Assembly (NCBI GenBank): GCA_039588275.1
Contig: JBDHAC010000011.1
Coordinates: 1-64,000, forward strand
Origin: Gemmatimonadota bacterium
Lineage (GTDB): Bacteria > Gemmatimonadota > Gemmatimonadetes > Palauibacterales > Palauibacteraceae
Length of the DNA: 64,000 nucleotides
Reading direction: 5' to 3'
Position 1 is the stretch's first letter. Each line of letters starts with the position of its first letter. Under the pieces are notes generated by a model. The model saw only the letters and a program-made list of their open reading frames with translations. It had not been told where the DNA came from and did no database searches. Made by a program: the position numbers and the translations under genes. Below are positions 47,470 through 57,228 of this stretch, piece after piece.

Positions 47470-48696
47470 CTAGCGGACCCGCATGGGCACCGAGAAACGA
47501 GTGCGGTCCCAGGTCAGCTGCAGGATCCCACCGTCCTCGGTCGGCTCGATAGAGATCGTGAAACGATCCACCGGCCCTTGGATCCGCTCGGTGGTCAGCG
47601 GGACGCGGACGAGATCCTGCGCCTCATCGTACTGCGTGCCCCACTGGCCGGTCTGCGAGTTGATGATGAGCGTCGCCGATTCGGCCGTGTACGTGCTCCA
47701 CAGGGTGTAGTCACCGGCGGGCACCTCGGCTTCACCGATGAGCAGATCGCGGTCCGTGCTGAACTGCGTCGCCGCGTTGGCGCCCGTCCGCCACACCTCG
47801 TCGTACGGGACGAGACCTCCCCAGATGTCGCGACCGCGCTTCGCCGGACGGCTGTACGCGATCTCGAAGGTGGCGCCACCGCCACTCTCGGTAACGGTCG
47901 CGCCGGGTGACGGAGTCCCCACACCCTCCCCTCTCGCATCGCGGGCCGCGAAGTCGGCCGCGAGCCTCACCAGATCGGGTGGCTCGATCGGCTCGATCTC
48001 CACCTTCATCGTGGTCTCGCTACCGGTGATGGACGTGATCCTGCCGCTGTCGTCCACGCGCGCGATGAGCGGATTCCCGAAGTAGTCCAGCGATACTTCA
48101 CCCGGGCCCCGGTGGCTGATGGCGTTTGGGGACGACCGGCCGCGAAGGGGCCACAGCATCGTGAAGCCGAACGGCTCCTCTCCAGAACCAGCCGCCAGCG
48201 CCAGTTGGACGGCATGCTCGAATAGACCCACGGCCAACGGGACGCGGCCGGTGGTCGGGACCGGATTCGGCGACGCCACCACCTGCTGTGTGACGGTCTC
48301 GCCCTCGCTCCGCCGAACGATCGTGGCGCTGTCGCCGGCCACGTCGATCGTGATGCTCGACGGCGCCGGCCCATCCGGATTCTCGGGGGGTGTCTCCCAC
48401 TCCAACCCGAAGTGCGCGATCGACCCATCCTCGGCGAAGCTTACCGCATAATGTCCCACCAAGGTCACGGGGCTGCGCGCCAGCATCTCGCCTTCCAGCC
48501 CGTCCGCCGTCCGACGAAACACCTCTATGGCCAACGTGTCGGAGCCGAGCCGCTCGACGAAGGCGCGATCCTCGGGCTCTCCCGCGCAACCCGCCATGGC
48601 GGTGACGAGGAGTCCGGGGAGCCCGAGTGCCGGGAGACCGAACGTCGAGTGCCGCGATGGGCCGCGACCGTGATGTAGGCGTGGACGGTGAATCAT
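47470..48696 (-). CDS. DUF2911 domain lipoprotein with N-terminal extension
   Basis: YSRPAKRGR.IWGGLVPY..VWRTGAN.AT, PAG.Y.LW, QWGT.YD; lipobox MAGC. Confidence 0.85.
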   Translation of the reverse strand: MIHRPRLHHGRGPSRHSTFGLPALGLPGLLVTAMAGCAGEPEDRAFVERLGSDTLAIEVFRRTADGLEGEMLARSPVTLVGHYAVSFAEDGSIAHFGLEWETPPENPDGPAPSSITIDVAGDSATIVRRSEGETVTQQVVASPNPVPTTGRVPLAVGLFEHAVQLALAAGSGEEPFGFTMLWPLRGRSSPNAISHRGPGEVSLDYFGNPLIARVDDSGRITSITGSETTMKVEIEPIEPPDLVRLAADFAARDARGEGVGTPSPGATVTESGGGATFEIAYSRPAKRGRDIWGGLVPYDEVWRTGANAATQFSTDRDLLIGEAEVPAGDYTLWSTYTAESATLIINSQTGQWGTQYDEAQDLVRVPLTTERIQGPVDRFTISIEPTEDGGILQLTWDRTRFSVPMRVR

Positions 48697-48830
48697 GTGG
48701 AATCTCCTTCGTGGGTTCCTGCCGGAACTTAGCACGCGGGGCCTCATCGCGCGGCGTGTGCCTCGCCGACCGCTTCGGCCCGGCCTAGCTTGGAATGGCC
48801 GCAGGGCTACAGGAATGGAGGTCGGGTGTG

Positions 48831-50318
48831 ATGAAGCGGGGCAAGATGACGGTGAGGTCGGGTGCGACGGGACCGTTCCGACTGGTCGGGGGCGGGGCGT
48901 GCCTGGCCTCTGTCTCCGCGCTCCTGGCCATCGGGACGATGAGCCTGGCCGCCGGCTCTACGGACCTGGCCGCGCAGGAACCCGACCCGGTCGCCCCGCC
49001 GGCTACCGAGCGGCAACGCGCACCGGAACACCTGTTCGATTGGACCTCGCTCCAGTTCCCGGCGGAGGAGTACGCGTTACGAAGGGCAGCTGTGATCCAG
49101 GCGCTGCGCGATTCGGGCGGCGGCGGCCTGCTCGTGCTCAGCGCGCACGGGCTGAGCCACGGCGAGACGTTTCGTCAGGCGGATGACTTCCTCTACCTCA
49201 CCGGACTCGAGCTTCCCAGCTCCGCGCTGTTCCTGGACACGGAGGACGGTTCCGCGATGCTGTTCGTGCCGCGCGGAGACTTCCGGTTCGAGAGCGCGAC
49301 GCGACCCAATGACTTCCCGGGCCGCCCACTGGCCGATGACCCCTCGCTCGGCGAGCGCTCCGGGATCGCGACCGTCCTACCGATCGCCGAGCTGGACCGC
49401 CTCCTCCTCGCATGGGCCGACGGGGGGCGCACCTTGCGGTTCAACCCGGGGCGGGCGGGCCAGATACGCCGCGTCGAGACGTCGCTGATCCCCGATTGGG
49501 ATCCAGGTTTGCTCTCGCTCTATCACCTCCAGCAGGCGTACCCCAACCTCACGATTCGGAGCGCCTACGCGGACATGGCGCGCGTCCGCATGGTCAAGAG
49601 CCCGCTGGAGATCGAGGCCATGCGCCGCTCGGCGACGCTCACGCAGGACGCGATCCGAGCGGCGGCGGGTGCGATCCGCGACGGCGTCACCGAACGGGAG
49701 CTGGAGGCCGCCTTCGAGGCCGCCTGCAAGGAAGGCGGCGCACAACGGGTCGCGTTCTCTTCGATCATCAAGTCCGGCCCGAACTCGTTGTGGCCGTGGC
49801 GGATCCTGGCGGCGCATTACGATCGTCGGAATCGGCTCATGCATGACGGCGACCTCGTCATCTTCGACGTCGGGTGCGAGCTGGACTACTACGTGAGCGA
49901 CGTGGGCCGCACGTTTCCCGTCTCGGGCAGCTTCTCGACCGAGCAAGCTGCGATTCTCGCGATGGAGATCGCGGTCGCGGACGCGATCATCGCAGCCGTC
50001 CGGCCCGGTGTGACTCTCCGGGAGCTGCGGGCCGTAGCGGAATCGGTGATCCTCCCCGACCACCGGCCCTACATGCAGACCGGACTCTTCTTCGGACATC
50101 ACCTGGGGCTGTCGACGGGGGACCCGAGCCTGGCGGACATGCCGCTGGCCCCCGGCATGGTGTTCACGGTCGAGCCCTGGTACTACAACCACGATCGCGG
50201 GATCTCGGTGTTCACCGAGGACGAGGTGCTGGTCACCCAAGACGGGGCCGAGCTACTGACCGCGGGACTCCCACGACGGCTTACCGACCTCGAGCGCATG
50301 GTCGAGACCCGCCCCTGA
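48831..50318 (+). CDS. Secreted Xaa-Pro aminopeptidase (M24B)
   Basis: FRQ..DF.YLTG, R.VKS..EI..MR, D.G..Y.SD..RTFP, GHHLGL, TVEP, EDE. Confidence 0.9.
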   Translation: MKRGKMTVRSGATGPFRLVGGGACLASVSALLAIGTMSLAAGSTDLAAQEPDPVAPPATERQRAPEHLFDWTSLQFPAEEYALRRAAVIQALRDSGGGGLLVLSAHGLSHGETFRQADDFLYLTGLELPSSALFLDTEDGSAMLFVPRGDFRFESATRPNDFPGRPLADDPSLGERSGIATVLPIAELDRLLLAWADGGRTLRFNPGRAGQIRRVETSLIPDWDPGLLSLYHLQQAYPNLTIRSAYADMARVRMVKSPLEIEAMRRSATLTQDAIRAAAGAIRDGVTERELEAAFEAACKEGGAQRVAFSSIIKSGPNSLWPWRILAAHYDRRNRLMHDGDLVIFDVGCELDYYVSDVGRTFPVSGSFSTEQAAILAMEIAVADAIIAAVRPGVTLRELRAVAESVILPDHRPYMQTGLFFGHHLGLSTGDPSLADMPLAPGMVFTVEPWYYNHDRGISVFTEDEVLVTQDGAELLTAGLPRRLTDLERMVETRP

Positions 50319-50403
50319 CTCCACCGGGGGCTTGTCGGGAATCCCCGTCCCCACGACCTTCCGTCGCGTCCGCGCCACCGTCGTTACAGCCGCAGGAGGC
50401 ACC

Positions 50404-52071
50404 ATGCCGTCGACGTCGTATTTTAGCGCCCGTAGCACGTTCCCCGCCCATAGCACCTTCCCCGCCCGTAGCACCTTCCCCGCCCTGGCCCTCACCATCT
50501 GTTTGACCGCGGCGGCCTGCCAGGCCCCGGACTCCGAATCGGCCTCAGGCACGTCGGAGATCGGTTCGCCCGAGACCGAGATGGCCGCACCCAGCACCGC
50601 ATCGTTCGAGTTCACGACGGACGAGAAGTTCGACGCCTCGTCAATCGCGGCGTACACGGGCGATCACGCGGAGGTCTACGCCCACATCGACGCCAACCTG
50701 GACGCGCACATCGGGAACCTGCAGCGCTGGATTCGACAGCGATCGATCAGCGCCCAGAACGACGGCATCCAGGAGATGGCCGAGATGCTGCGCTCCGATC
50801 TGGAGGGCATGGGCTTCCAGGAGGCGGCGGTCGTTCCGACTGACGGGCATCCTGGCGTGTGGGGCTACTACGACGCGGGCGCCGAGCAGACGCTGCTCGT
50901 CTACCTCATGTACGACGTCCAGCCCGTAAACCCGGAGGACTGGAGGTCGCCGCCGTTCGAGGCCAACCTGATCGACAGTGACCTGGGCACGATCCTCATG
51001 GGGCGAGGAGCCACGAACCAGAAGGGGCCGGAGCGTGCCTTCTTCAACGCAGTCCAGTCGATCATCGAGACGACGGGGACGCTGCCCGTGAACCTGATGG
51101 TGACAGCCGAAGGCGAGGAGGAGATCGGGTCGGTTCACTACCCTCAGATCGTCGACGCCTACGCCGACCGACTCGCCGAGGCCGACGGCGCGCTCTTCCC
51201 GATGAACAACCAGGGCGCACAGGGCGGGATGCGGATGAGTCTGGGGGTGAAGGGCATCATCTACATGGAGGTGGAGTCGAAGGGCGGCGACTGGGGCGGA
51301 CCCGGGACCGCGGAGATCCACGGCTCCTACAAGGCCATCGTGGACGCCCCCGCGTGGCGGCTCGTGCAGGCGCTCTCTTCGATGACGAGCGAGGACGGCA
51401 ACACGATCCTCATCCCCGGCTACTACGACGACGTGCGCCCGCCCACGCTCGAGGAGCAGACGCTGATCAACGGACTCGTGGATGGCTGGGATGACGCCGA
51501 GCAACACGAGATCCTCGGCGTGGACCAGTGGATCGACGGGCTCACCGGCCGCGACGCGGTCCTCCGCTACCTATACGAGCCCACCCTGAACATCGACGGA
51601 ATCTGGGGCGGCTACGACGGACCCGGCGCGAAGACGATCCTCCCCCACATGGCAACGGCCAAGGTGGACTCGCGCCTCCCGTACGGGATCGATCCCGAGC
51701 AGGCACAGCAGAAGATCGAGGACTATCTGGTCGAGCAGGGGTTCCCCGATGTCGTCGTGCGTTCGATGGAGGGGTATCCGGCGGCCCAGACCTCGGTCGA
51801 GAACCCGCTCGTTCAGGCGGCGATCGGCGTGTTCAACAAGTACGGGCACACGCCGACGGTCATGCCGCGACTGGCCGGGAGCGCCCCCTTCTATCAGTTC
51901 ACCGAGCGGCTGGGGATACCGATGGTGTTCTCGGGGCTCGGGCACGGCTCGGGCGCCCATGCGCCGAACGAGTACATGGTGATCCACCCGAAGGAAGGCT
52001 CGACGGTCGCCGGGCTTGCGGAGGTCGAGAAGGCGTACGTCGACCTCCTGTACGCGGTGGCCGGGCAGTAG
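50404..52071 (+). CDS. M20/M25/M40 peptidase-like lipoprotein with degenerate metal site
   Basis: YDVQP, GRGATNQKG, EGEEEIGS, HG, G.KTILP, AHAPNE; lipobox AAAC; AGGAGG RBS. Confidence 0.88.
   Translation: MPSTSYFSARSTFPAHSTFPARSTFPALALTICLTAAACQAPDSESASGTSEIGSPETEMAAPSTASFEFTTDEKFDASSIAAYTGDHAEVYAHIDANLDAHIGNLQRWIRQRSISAQNDGIQEMAEMLRSDLEGMGFQEAAVVPTDGHPGVWGYYDAGAEQTLLVYLMYDVQPVNPEDWRSPPFEANLIDSDLGTILMGRGATNQKGPERAFFNAVQSIIETTGTLPVNLMVTAEGEEEIGSVHYPQIVDAYADRLAEADGALFPMNNQGAQGGMRMSLGVKGIIYMEVESKGGDWGGPGTAEIHGSYKAIVDAPAWRLVQALSSMTSEDGNTILIPGYYDDVRPPTLEEQTLINGLVDGWDDAEQHEILGVDQWIDGLTGRDAVLRYLYEPTLNIDGIWGGYDGPGAKTILPHMATAKVDSRLPYGIDPEQAQQKIEDYLVEQGFPDVVVRSMEGYPAAQTSVENPLVQAAIGVFNKYGHTPTVMPRLAGSAPFYQFTERLGIPMVFSGLGHGSGAHAPNEYMVIHPKEGSTVAGLAEVEKAYVDLLYAVAGQ
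50427..50485. repeat. In-frame 18-bp tandem repeat x3 in the signal-peptide n-region
   Basis: CGCCC[G/A]TAGCAC[G/C]TTCCC encoding ARSTFP/AHSTFP/ARSTFP. Confidence 0.9.
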
Positions 52072-52231
52072 AGCCGCAAGCTGAAACGCGAGGCCCGATA
52101 CCCGGGTGTTACTGGGGCGCGACGATCCGGGTACGCGGCGAGATGAAGCGCTTCAAGCCGCGAGCTCGGCCTCTTCGGTTTTCACCTCTTGGGTCGGGAC
52201 CGATAAGGCGATCGGCCTTCTCCTTCTTCGA

Positions 52232-52687
52232 CTATTCCGCCGGTTCTGGCTCGTCCAGGGCATCCCGGATCGCGTCCAGCAAGGCTTCGTCGTCGAAGGG
52301 CTTCGTCAGGTAGCGAACCGCGCCTGCGGCCTGAGCCGCCGCCCTCGTCACGGGGTCGTCATCCGCGGTGATGATGATGGTGGGGATGGTGGACCCTTCC
52401 GCGTTGAGAACTCGCTGAAGGGCGAGGCCATCCACGCCCGGCATCCGAATATCCAGGACGAGGCAGGAAGGGGCGGTCGGCCCGGGGGGCGGCAGGAACT
52501 CTACGGCGGACGTGTACGTCATCACTTCGTACCCTGCCGATCTCAACAGCCTGTCCAGCGCTCGGCAGACCGATTCATCGTCATCGACCACGTATACGAG
52601 AGGGTGCGAACCGGTCAGTGGTGCCTCCTTGCTCGGTGGGCCGGCAGTATCCGCTCGCCCCGCACCGGTGGGATCTCCAGACATCAC
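52232..52687 (-). CDS. Single-domain response regulator (FixJ-like receiver, no output domain)
   Basis: VVDDD, LVLDIRMPGVDG, IITA, KPF. Confidence 0.9.
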   Translation of the reverse strand: MMSGDPTGAGRADTAGPPSKEAPLTGSHPLVYVVDDDESVCRALDRLLRSAGYEVMTYTSAVEFLPPPGPTAPSCLVLDIRMPGVDGLALQRVLNAEGSTIPTIIITADDDPVTRAAAQAAGAVRYLTKPFDDEALLDAIRDALDEPEPAE

Positions 52688-53865
52688 TCAGCCGGTTGGC
52701 CAGCCACCGGCAGCGCGAGCCGGAGGGTGGTCCCACCGTCGGGGTTCGGCGTGGCCCACAGTCGTCCGCCGTGCATGTCCACGATCCATCGGCTGATCGA
52801 TAATCCTAACCCCATGCCGTCGGATTTGGACGAGACGAAAGGCTCGAACATCTGGTCGAGGGCTTCGGGTGCGAGCCCAACCCCGGTATCGCTAACGGCG
52901 ATCTCGATGGCACTTCCCTCCCCGGCATCCGAACCGAGAGGGCGGCTGCGCACGGTGAGCCGACGATTGCCCTGCTCGCTCGTTTCCATGGCATCGCAGG
53001 CGTTTACGAGGAGGTTGAGCAGGACCTGCTGAAGCTGCACACGGTCACCGACGATCGGACCCAAATCGGGGGCGAGATCGAGCGTCAGGTCGATATCGCT
53101 ATCGCTCACCCTGATCCTGATCAGGGGCACGATCTCACGGATCATGGCGTTTACGGCGACCCGTTCGCGGTGGGTCTCTCTCTTTTCGAGCAGGGTGCGA
53201 AGCCGCTGGATGATCTCGGCGGCCCGCATGCCATCGGCGGCGATGTCGGAGAGGGCGTCGCGGATCTGCTCGGCGTCGACGGCGTCCGTGTCCAGAACCC
53301 GGTGGCTCGCTTGTGCGTTCGAGACGATCGCTGTGAGGGGTTGGTTGAGCTCGTGAGCCAGCGAGGCCGTCAACAGGCCCATGGTGGTCACCCGTGAGGC
53401 GTGAGCGAGCTCGCTGCGCAGCTCGTCGATGTGCTCATCCCTGCGCCACCGGTCCGTGATGTCGAGGTGCGAGATCACGGCTCCGACTCTGGCGCCTTTG
53501 AGGGCCACGGCGCGCATCAAGAACCACCGCTCGACTTCGGGGCCATGGCACGGATATTCCAACTCCATCCACGGCTCTTCCCCTGCCAGCACCGGCTCGA
53601 GCTTCTCCAGGCAGTCTCCTGCACTGTGGTCCCCCGCCTCGTACGCCTGTCGCACCGCCAGCAGGTAGTCGACACCGACGCCCGCGGTCAAATCCTCCTG
53701 GGCATCGTTGGCGGCGGCATTCCGCTTCCAGGACTCGTTGACGCGGAGGATGGTGCCGGTCTGGTCCACCACCGCGACCTGTTCCGTGAGGGAGTCCAAC
53801 GTCGCCGCGATCAGGGCCTCGCCGGCTATTGGTGACGTGTTCGCGTGGTTGTCTAAGTCCCGCAC
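52684..53865 (-). CDS. Cytoplasmic PAS sensor histidine kinase (FixL/NtrB-like)
   Basis: PAS (VVD..G.I..VN..W, EYPCH), AHELNQPL, QQVLLNLLVNA, DTGVG, FEPF..K..GMGLGLSI. Start uncertain (53865 or 53913). Confidence 0.9.
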   Translation of the reverse strand: MRDLDNHANTSPIAGEALIAATLDSLTEQVAVVDQTGTILRVNESWKRNAAANDAQEDLTAGVGVDYLLAVRQAYEAGDHSAGDCLEKLEPVLAGEEPWMELEYPCHGPEVERWFLMRAVALKGARVGAVISHLDITDRWRRDEHIDELRSELAHASRVTTMGLLTASLAHELNQPLTAIVSNAQASHRVLDTDAVDAEQIRDALSDIAADGMRAAEIIQRLRTLLEKRETHRERVAVNAMIREIVPLIRIRVSDSDIDLTLDLAPDLGPIVGDRVQLQQVLLNLLVNACDAMETSEQGNRRLTVRSRPLGSDAGEGSAIEIAVSDTGVGLAPEALDQMFEPFVSSKSDGMGLGLSISRWIVDMHGGRLWATPNPDGGTTLRLALPVAGQPAE

Positions 53866-53991
53866 TGAAAGACACCCCTGGTCAGTTGTCCGGCCGCCAG
53901 CAACCTGGAACACGAGCTCGAGCCCGCAGATTGGGCTGCGGATGGCGATATCATATTGTCGACTGGAGAGTGATGCCGCGACCTGGTCGGT

Positions 53992-54663
53992 CTAGTCGCG
54001 GACAAGCCTCGCCATGTAGAGACCCACGAGGCGGGCGATCACGATCGCCATGTAGAGCACGCCGGTGACAGCCTCGACGATCGCGAGCGAGCGGGCCTGC
54101 GCGCTGACGGGCGTCACGTCACCGTATCCCAGCGTGGTGAGCGTTACGTAGCTCAAATACATCAGGTCCTGGTGGCGTGTCGTGGTGCTCGCATCTGCCC
54201 AGCCAGCGCCGGCGAACGCAGCGGGATCGGTCCATAGCACCGCTTTGTACAGGATCCACCAGAGGACCCCCAGCAGCATGTACACGCACGCTGCGCCCGC
54301 GAGCGTATCGGCGGTGACTTCGGGGCTTCGGAAGACCTTGGCGCCGATGACCCACGTCGCGTAGGCGTAGAACGCGAACGGGAAGAGGAGGCTGATCCAC
54401 CAGACGAGCGGGGAGTCGACACCCTCCCGTACGATCGTGGCCGCCACCGCCGGGATCACCAGCGCGATCGCGACGAACATATGCCGCCGACTGTCGCCCA
54501 CCGAGTAGATCCCTGCCAGCGGGATGGCCGCGCCAAACATCCAGCCCAGGAGGCGGCCGCCCTGGAGGTGTTGAAGTGCGGGGGCCACCAGGAGGAGGAC
54601 GACGATTGCACCGAGCAGGATTGCGAAGCGATTATCGGAGAGGCGCGTGCTGAGTGTCGGCAT
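53992..54663 (-). CDS. Ion_trans_2 potassium-channel-like membrane protein
   Basis: Pore motif YLSYVTLTTLGYGDVTP; several N-terminal TM helices; IARLVG. Confidence 0.88.
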   Translation of the reverse strand: MPTLSTRLSDNRFAILLGAIVVLLLVAPALQHLQGGRLLGWMFGAAIPLAGIYSVGDSRRHMFVAIALVIPAVAATIVREGVDSPLVWWISLLFPFAFYAYATWVIGAKVFRSPEVTADTLAGAACVYMLLGVLWWILYKAVLWTDPAAFAGAGWADASTTTRHQDLMYLSYVTLTTLGYGDVTPVSAQARSLAIVEAVTGVLYMAIVIARLVGLYMARLVRD

Positions 54664-54775
54664 GTCAACGTCCTGCCTCAAGTGAGCGGGATTGCACATG
54701 GACGGCCGCCGTAGGTGATAACGACACACCTGCTCCCCCTCAACCCCCTCTCGAGCCCCGGAAAAGGGAAGAACG

Positions 54776-57085
54776 ATGGGCAGACGAATCACCCTGGGTT
54801 GCTTCTGCCTCTTGACTGCGGCCTCGGGAATCAGCGCCCAGGCGACCGATCCCGAGACCCGTTTCGCGTCGTGGGAAGCTCATGTGCGACTCGAGGAAGG
54901 GTCGCCCTTCGAGGACCTCCAGTGGCGACCGGTCGGACCCCGCCAGGCCGGGGTGAGGGTCGAGGCGATCGCCGTTCCCTCGGGAAACCACGGGACGATC
55001 TACGTCGGCATCGGGTCGGGGAATCTCTGGAAGACGGTGAACAACGGAGTCACGTGGACACCGATCTTCGAAAAGGAATCCACGTTCACCATCGGCGACG
55101 TCGCGGTGTCGACGGCCGACCCGAGCATCGTCTGGGTGGGGACGGGCGAGACGCAGCCACGGCACAGCGGATACTCCTACGCCGGCACGGGTGTGTTCAA
55201 GTCGACCGACGCCGGCGAGAGCTGGACCAACGTCGGCCTGCACGACACGCACCACGTCGGGAAGGTGGTCATCGACCCGCTGGATCCGAACGTGGTCTAC
55301 GTTGCGGCGCTCGGTCACTTCTGGTCGCGCAACGAGGAGCGCGGCGTGTTCCGGACCCGGGACGGCGGCGCGACCTGGGAACGGGTGCTGTACGTCAGCG
55401 ACCGGACGGGAGCGGTGGACCTCGTCATGGATCCGGCCGACCGGTCGACCCTTTACGCCGCGACCTGGCAGGCGGTGAGCGGCGAGCCGACCGTCAGCGG
55501 TGAGGAGAGCGGCATCCACAAGACCACCGACGGTGGCGACACCTGGACCGAGCTCACCGTGGGGCTTCCCTCCGGCCCCCTGGGCCGGATCGGGCTGGAC
55601 GTCGCGCCGACCAACCCCGACGTCGTCTACGCCTTCATCGACAATTGGGCGCCCGGCGACGTGGAGGACCGTGACCTCGTCGGTGGTGAGGTCTATCGGT
55701 CCAACGACCGGGGCGACTCGTGGCAAAGGGTGAACGAAGAAGACACCTACCCCGTGTTCGGCATCTTCGGCTGGAAGTTCACCGACATCCGCGTGTCACC
55801 GGAGAACGAGGACGAGATCTTCATCCTCGGGAATCGCGCTTTCCACTCGATGGACGGGGGACGGACCTTCGAGCGAATCGGTGAGCGAATCGTTCGGATG
55901 GACGACACGCGCGGGCTGATCATGCACCTCGATCACCACGAGATCTGGATCGACCCGCTCAACCCGGACCGGATCCTGCTCGGGAACGACGGCGGTCTCT
56001 TCCAGTCGTACGACCGCGGCGAGAGCTGGCTGCACATCAACAACATCCCGGGGGCGGAGTTCTACTCCATCTCCACCGACATGGCCACGCCATACAACAT
56101 CTACGGCGGCACGCAGGACAACGCCGCCCTCTATGGGCCGAGCGACGTCGACATCCGGGACGCCGCGAACGATCCATGGGAGAACGTCTACCTGGATCGA
56201 TGGACGGGTGGTGACTCGTTCGACACGTACCTCGACCCCACCGATAGCCGGATCGTGTACTACGAGCACCAGCACGGTAACATGCGGCGCATGGACATCA
56301 CCGGCGATTCGGTCCAGACGCGGGGACCGGACTCCGAGACCATCCGCCCGTACCCTCCGGAAGGCGAGGAGGAGTGGCGGTTCGGTTGGTACACGCCGTT
56401 CGTCATCTCGCACCACGATCCGAGCACCCTGTACGCGGGCGCCAATCGACTTCTCAAATCGACGACCCGCGGTGCGGTCTGGCGCCCGATCAGTCCTGAC
56501 CTGTCGGATCCACCCGGGGGCGAGCGCGCGGTCATTCCGTTCGGGACGATCACGATGATCGCGGAGTCAGAGGTGCAGCCGGGACTCCTCTATGTAGGAA
56601 CCGAGGGCGGCGGCGTGTGGAGGACCGAGGATGATGGCACGACTTGGACCGATGTCCGCCAGGGACTGCCCCGGAAATGGGTCAGTCGTGTGGTGACATC
56701 GAAGCACGACGTCGGCACCGTGTACGTGTCTCTGACCGGCTTCCGCGAAGACGACTTCGCTGCGTACCTGTTCGCATCAGAGGACTCGGGGAAGACCTGG
56801 ACACCGATCGCGGGCAACCTGCCCGCGGAGTCGGTAAACGTGATTCGGGAGGACCCTCTGCACGCCGGAGTTCTCTACGTGGGCACCGACCTCGGGGTCT
56901 ATGTCTCGATCGACCGGGGAGTGACATGGCACTCGCTGTGCGCGAACCTACCCACCACTCCCGTCCACGACCTTCGTATCCACCCCCGGGATGGAGAGCT
57001 GGTGATCGGGACTCACGGCCGGAGCGTCTTCGTCGCCGATCTCGATCCGGTCCGGGCGCTCATCGATGCGGGGATCACGCGCTGA
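54776..57085 (+). CDS. Secreted VPS10/BNR-repeat beta-propeller protein
   Basis: Signal peptide; Asp-boxes; DHHEIWIDP, GGTQDN, LYVGTDLG, GTHGRS. Lacks the C-terminal extension of the 33892 paralog. Confidence 0.88.
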   Translation: MGRRITLGCFCLLTAASGISAQATDPETRFASWEAHVRLEEGSPFEDLQWRPVGPRQAGVRVEAIAVPSGNHGTIYVGIGSGNLWKTVNNGVTWTPIFEKESTFTIGDVAVSTADPSIVWVGTGETQPRHSGYSYAGTGVFKSTDAGESWTNVGLHDTHHVGKVVIDPLDPNVVYVAALGHFWSRNEERGVFRTRDGGATWERVLYVSDRTGAVDLVMDPADRSTLYAATWQAVSGEPTVSGEESGIHKTTDGGDTWTELTVGLPSGPLGRIGLDVAPTNPDVVYAFIDNWAPGDVEDRDLVGGEVYRSNDRGDSWQRVNEEDTYPVFGIFGWKFTDIRVSPENEDEIFILGNRAFHSMDGGRTFERIGERIVRMDDTRGLIMHLDHHEIWIDPLNPDRILLGNDGGLFQSYDRGESWLHINNIPGAEFYSISTDMATPYNIYGGTQDNAALYGPSDVDIRDAANDPWENVYLDRWTGGDSFDTYLDPTDSRIVYYEHQHGNMRRMDITGDSVQTRGPDSETIRPYPPEGEEEWRFGWYTPFVISHHDPSTLYAGANRLLKSTTRGAVWRPISPDLSDPPGGERAVIPFGTITMIAESEVQPGLLYVGTEGGGVWRTEDDGTTWTDVRQGLPRKWVSRVVTSKHDVGTVYVSLTGFREDDFAAYLFASEDSGKTWTPIAGNLPAESVNVIREDPLHAGVLYVGTDLGVYVSIDRGVTWHSLCANLPTTPVHDLRIHPRDGELVIGTHGRSVFVADLDPVRALIDAGITR

Positions 57086-57088
57086 GGA

Positions 57089-57130
57089 CGGAAGAAGACG
57101 GGTCGTAACAACGACTCGTACCCCCTTCCG
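57089..57130 (+). terminator. Hairpin just after the VPS10 gene stop
   Basis: ACGGGTCGT-AACA-ACGACTCGT closed by CGGAAG/CTTCCG; no U tract. Confidence 0.35.
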
Positions 57131-57228
57131 AGACAGCCCCCCCAGTGAGAGTTTTCCTACTTGTTCGGGGCGCATGACTCGTACTCCCCGAAGTGTCTTC
57201 AATCTTGTCTCTGAATGGCCTTGGTATC

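Noticed and set aside
52144..52155. Palindrome TGAAGCGCTTCA (LacI-operator-like)
   Set aside because: Lies between convergent gene ends, with no promoter to control.
57101..57111. GGTCGTAACAA, similar to the 16S rRNA 3' conserved motif
   Set aside because: Only about 10 nt match, with no flanking rRNA sequence.
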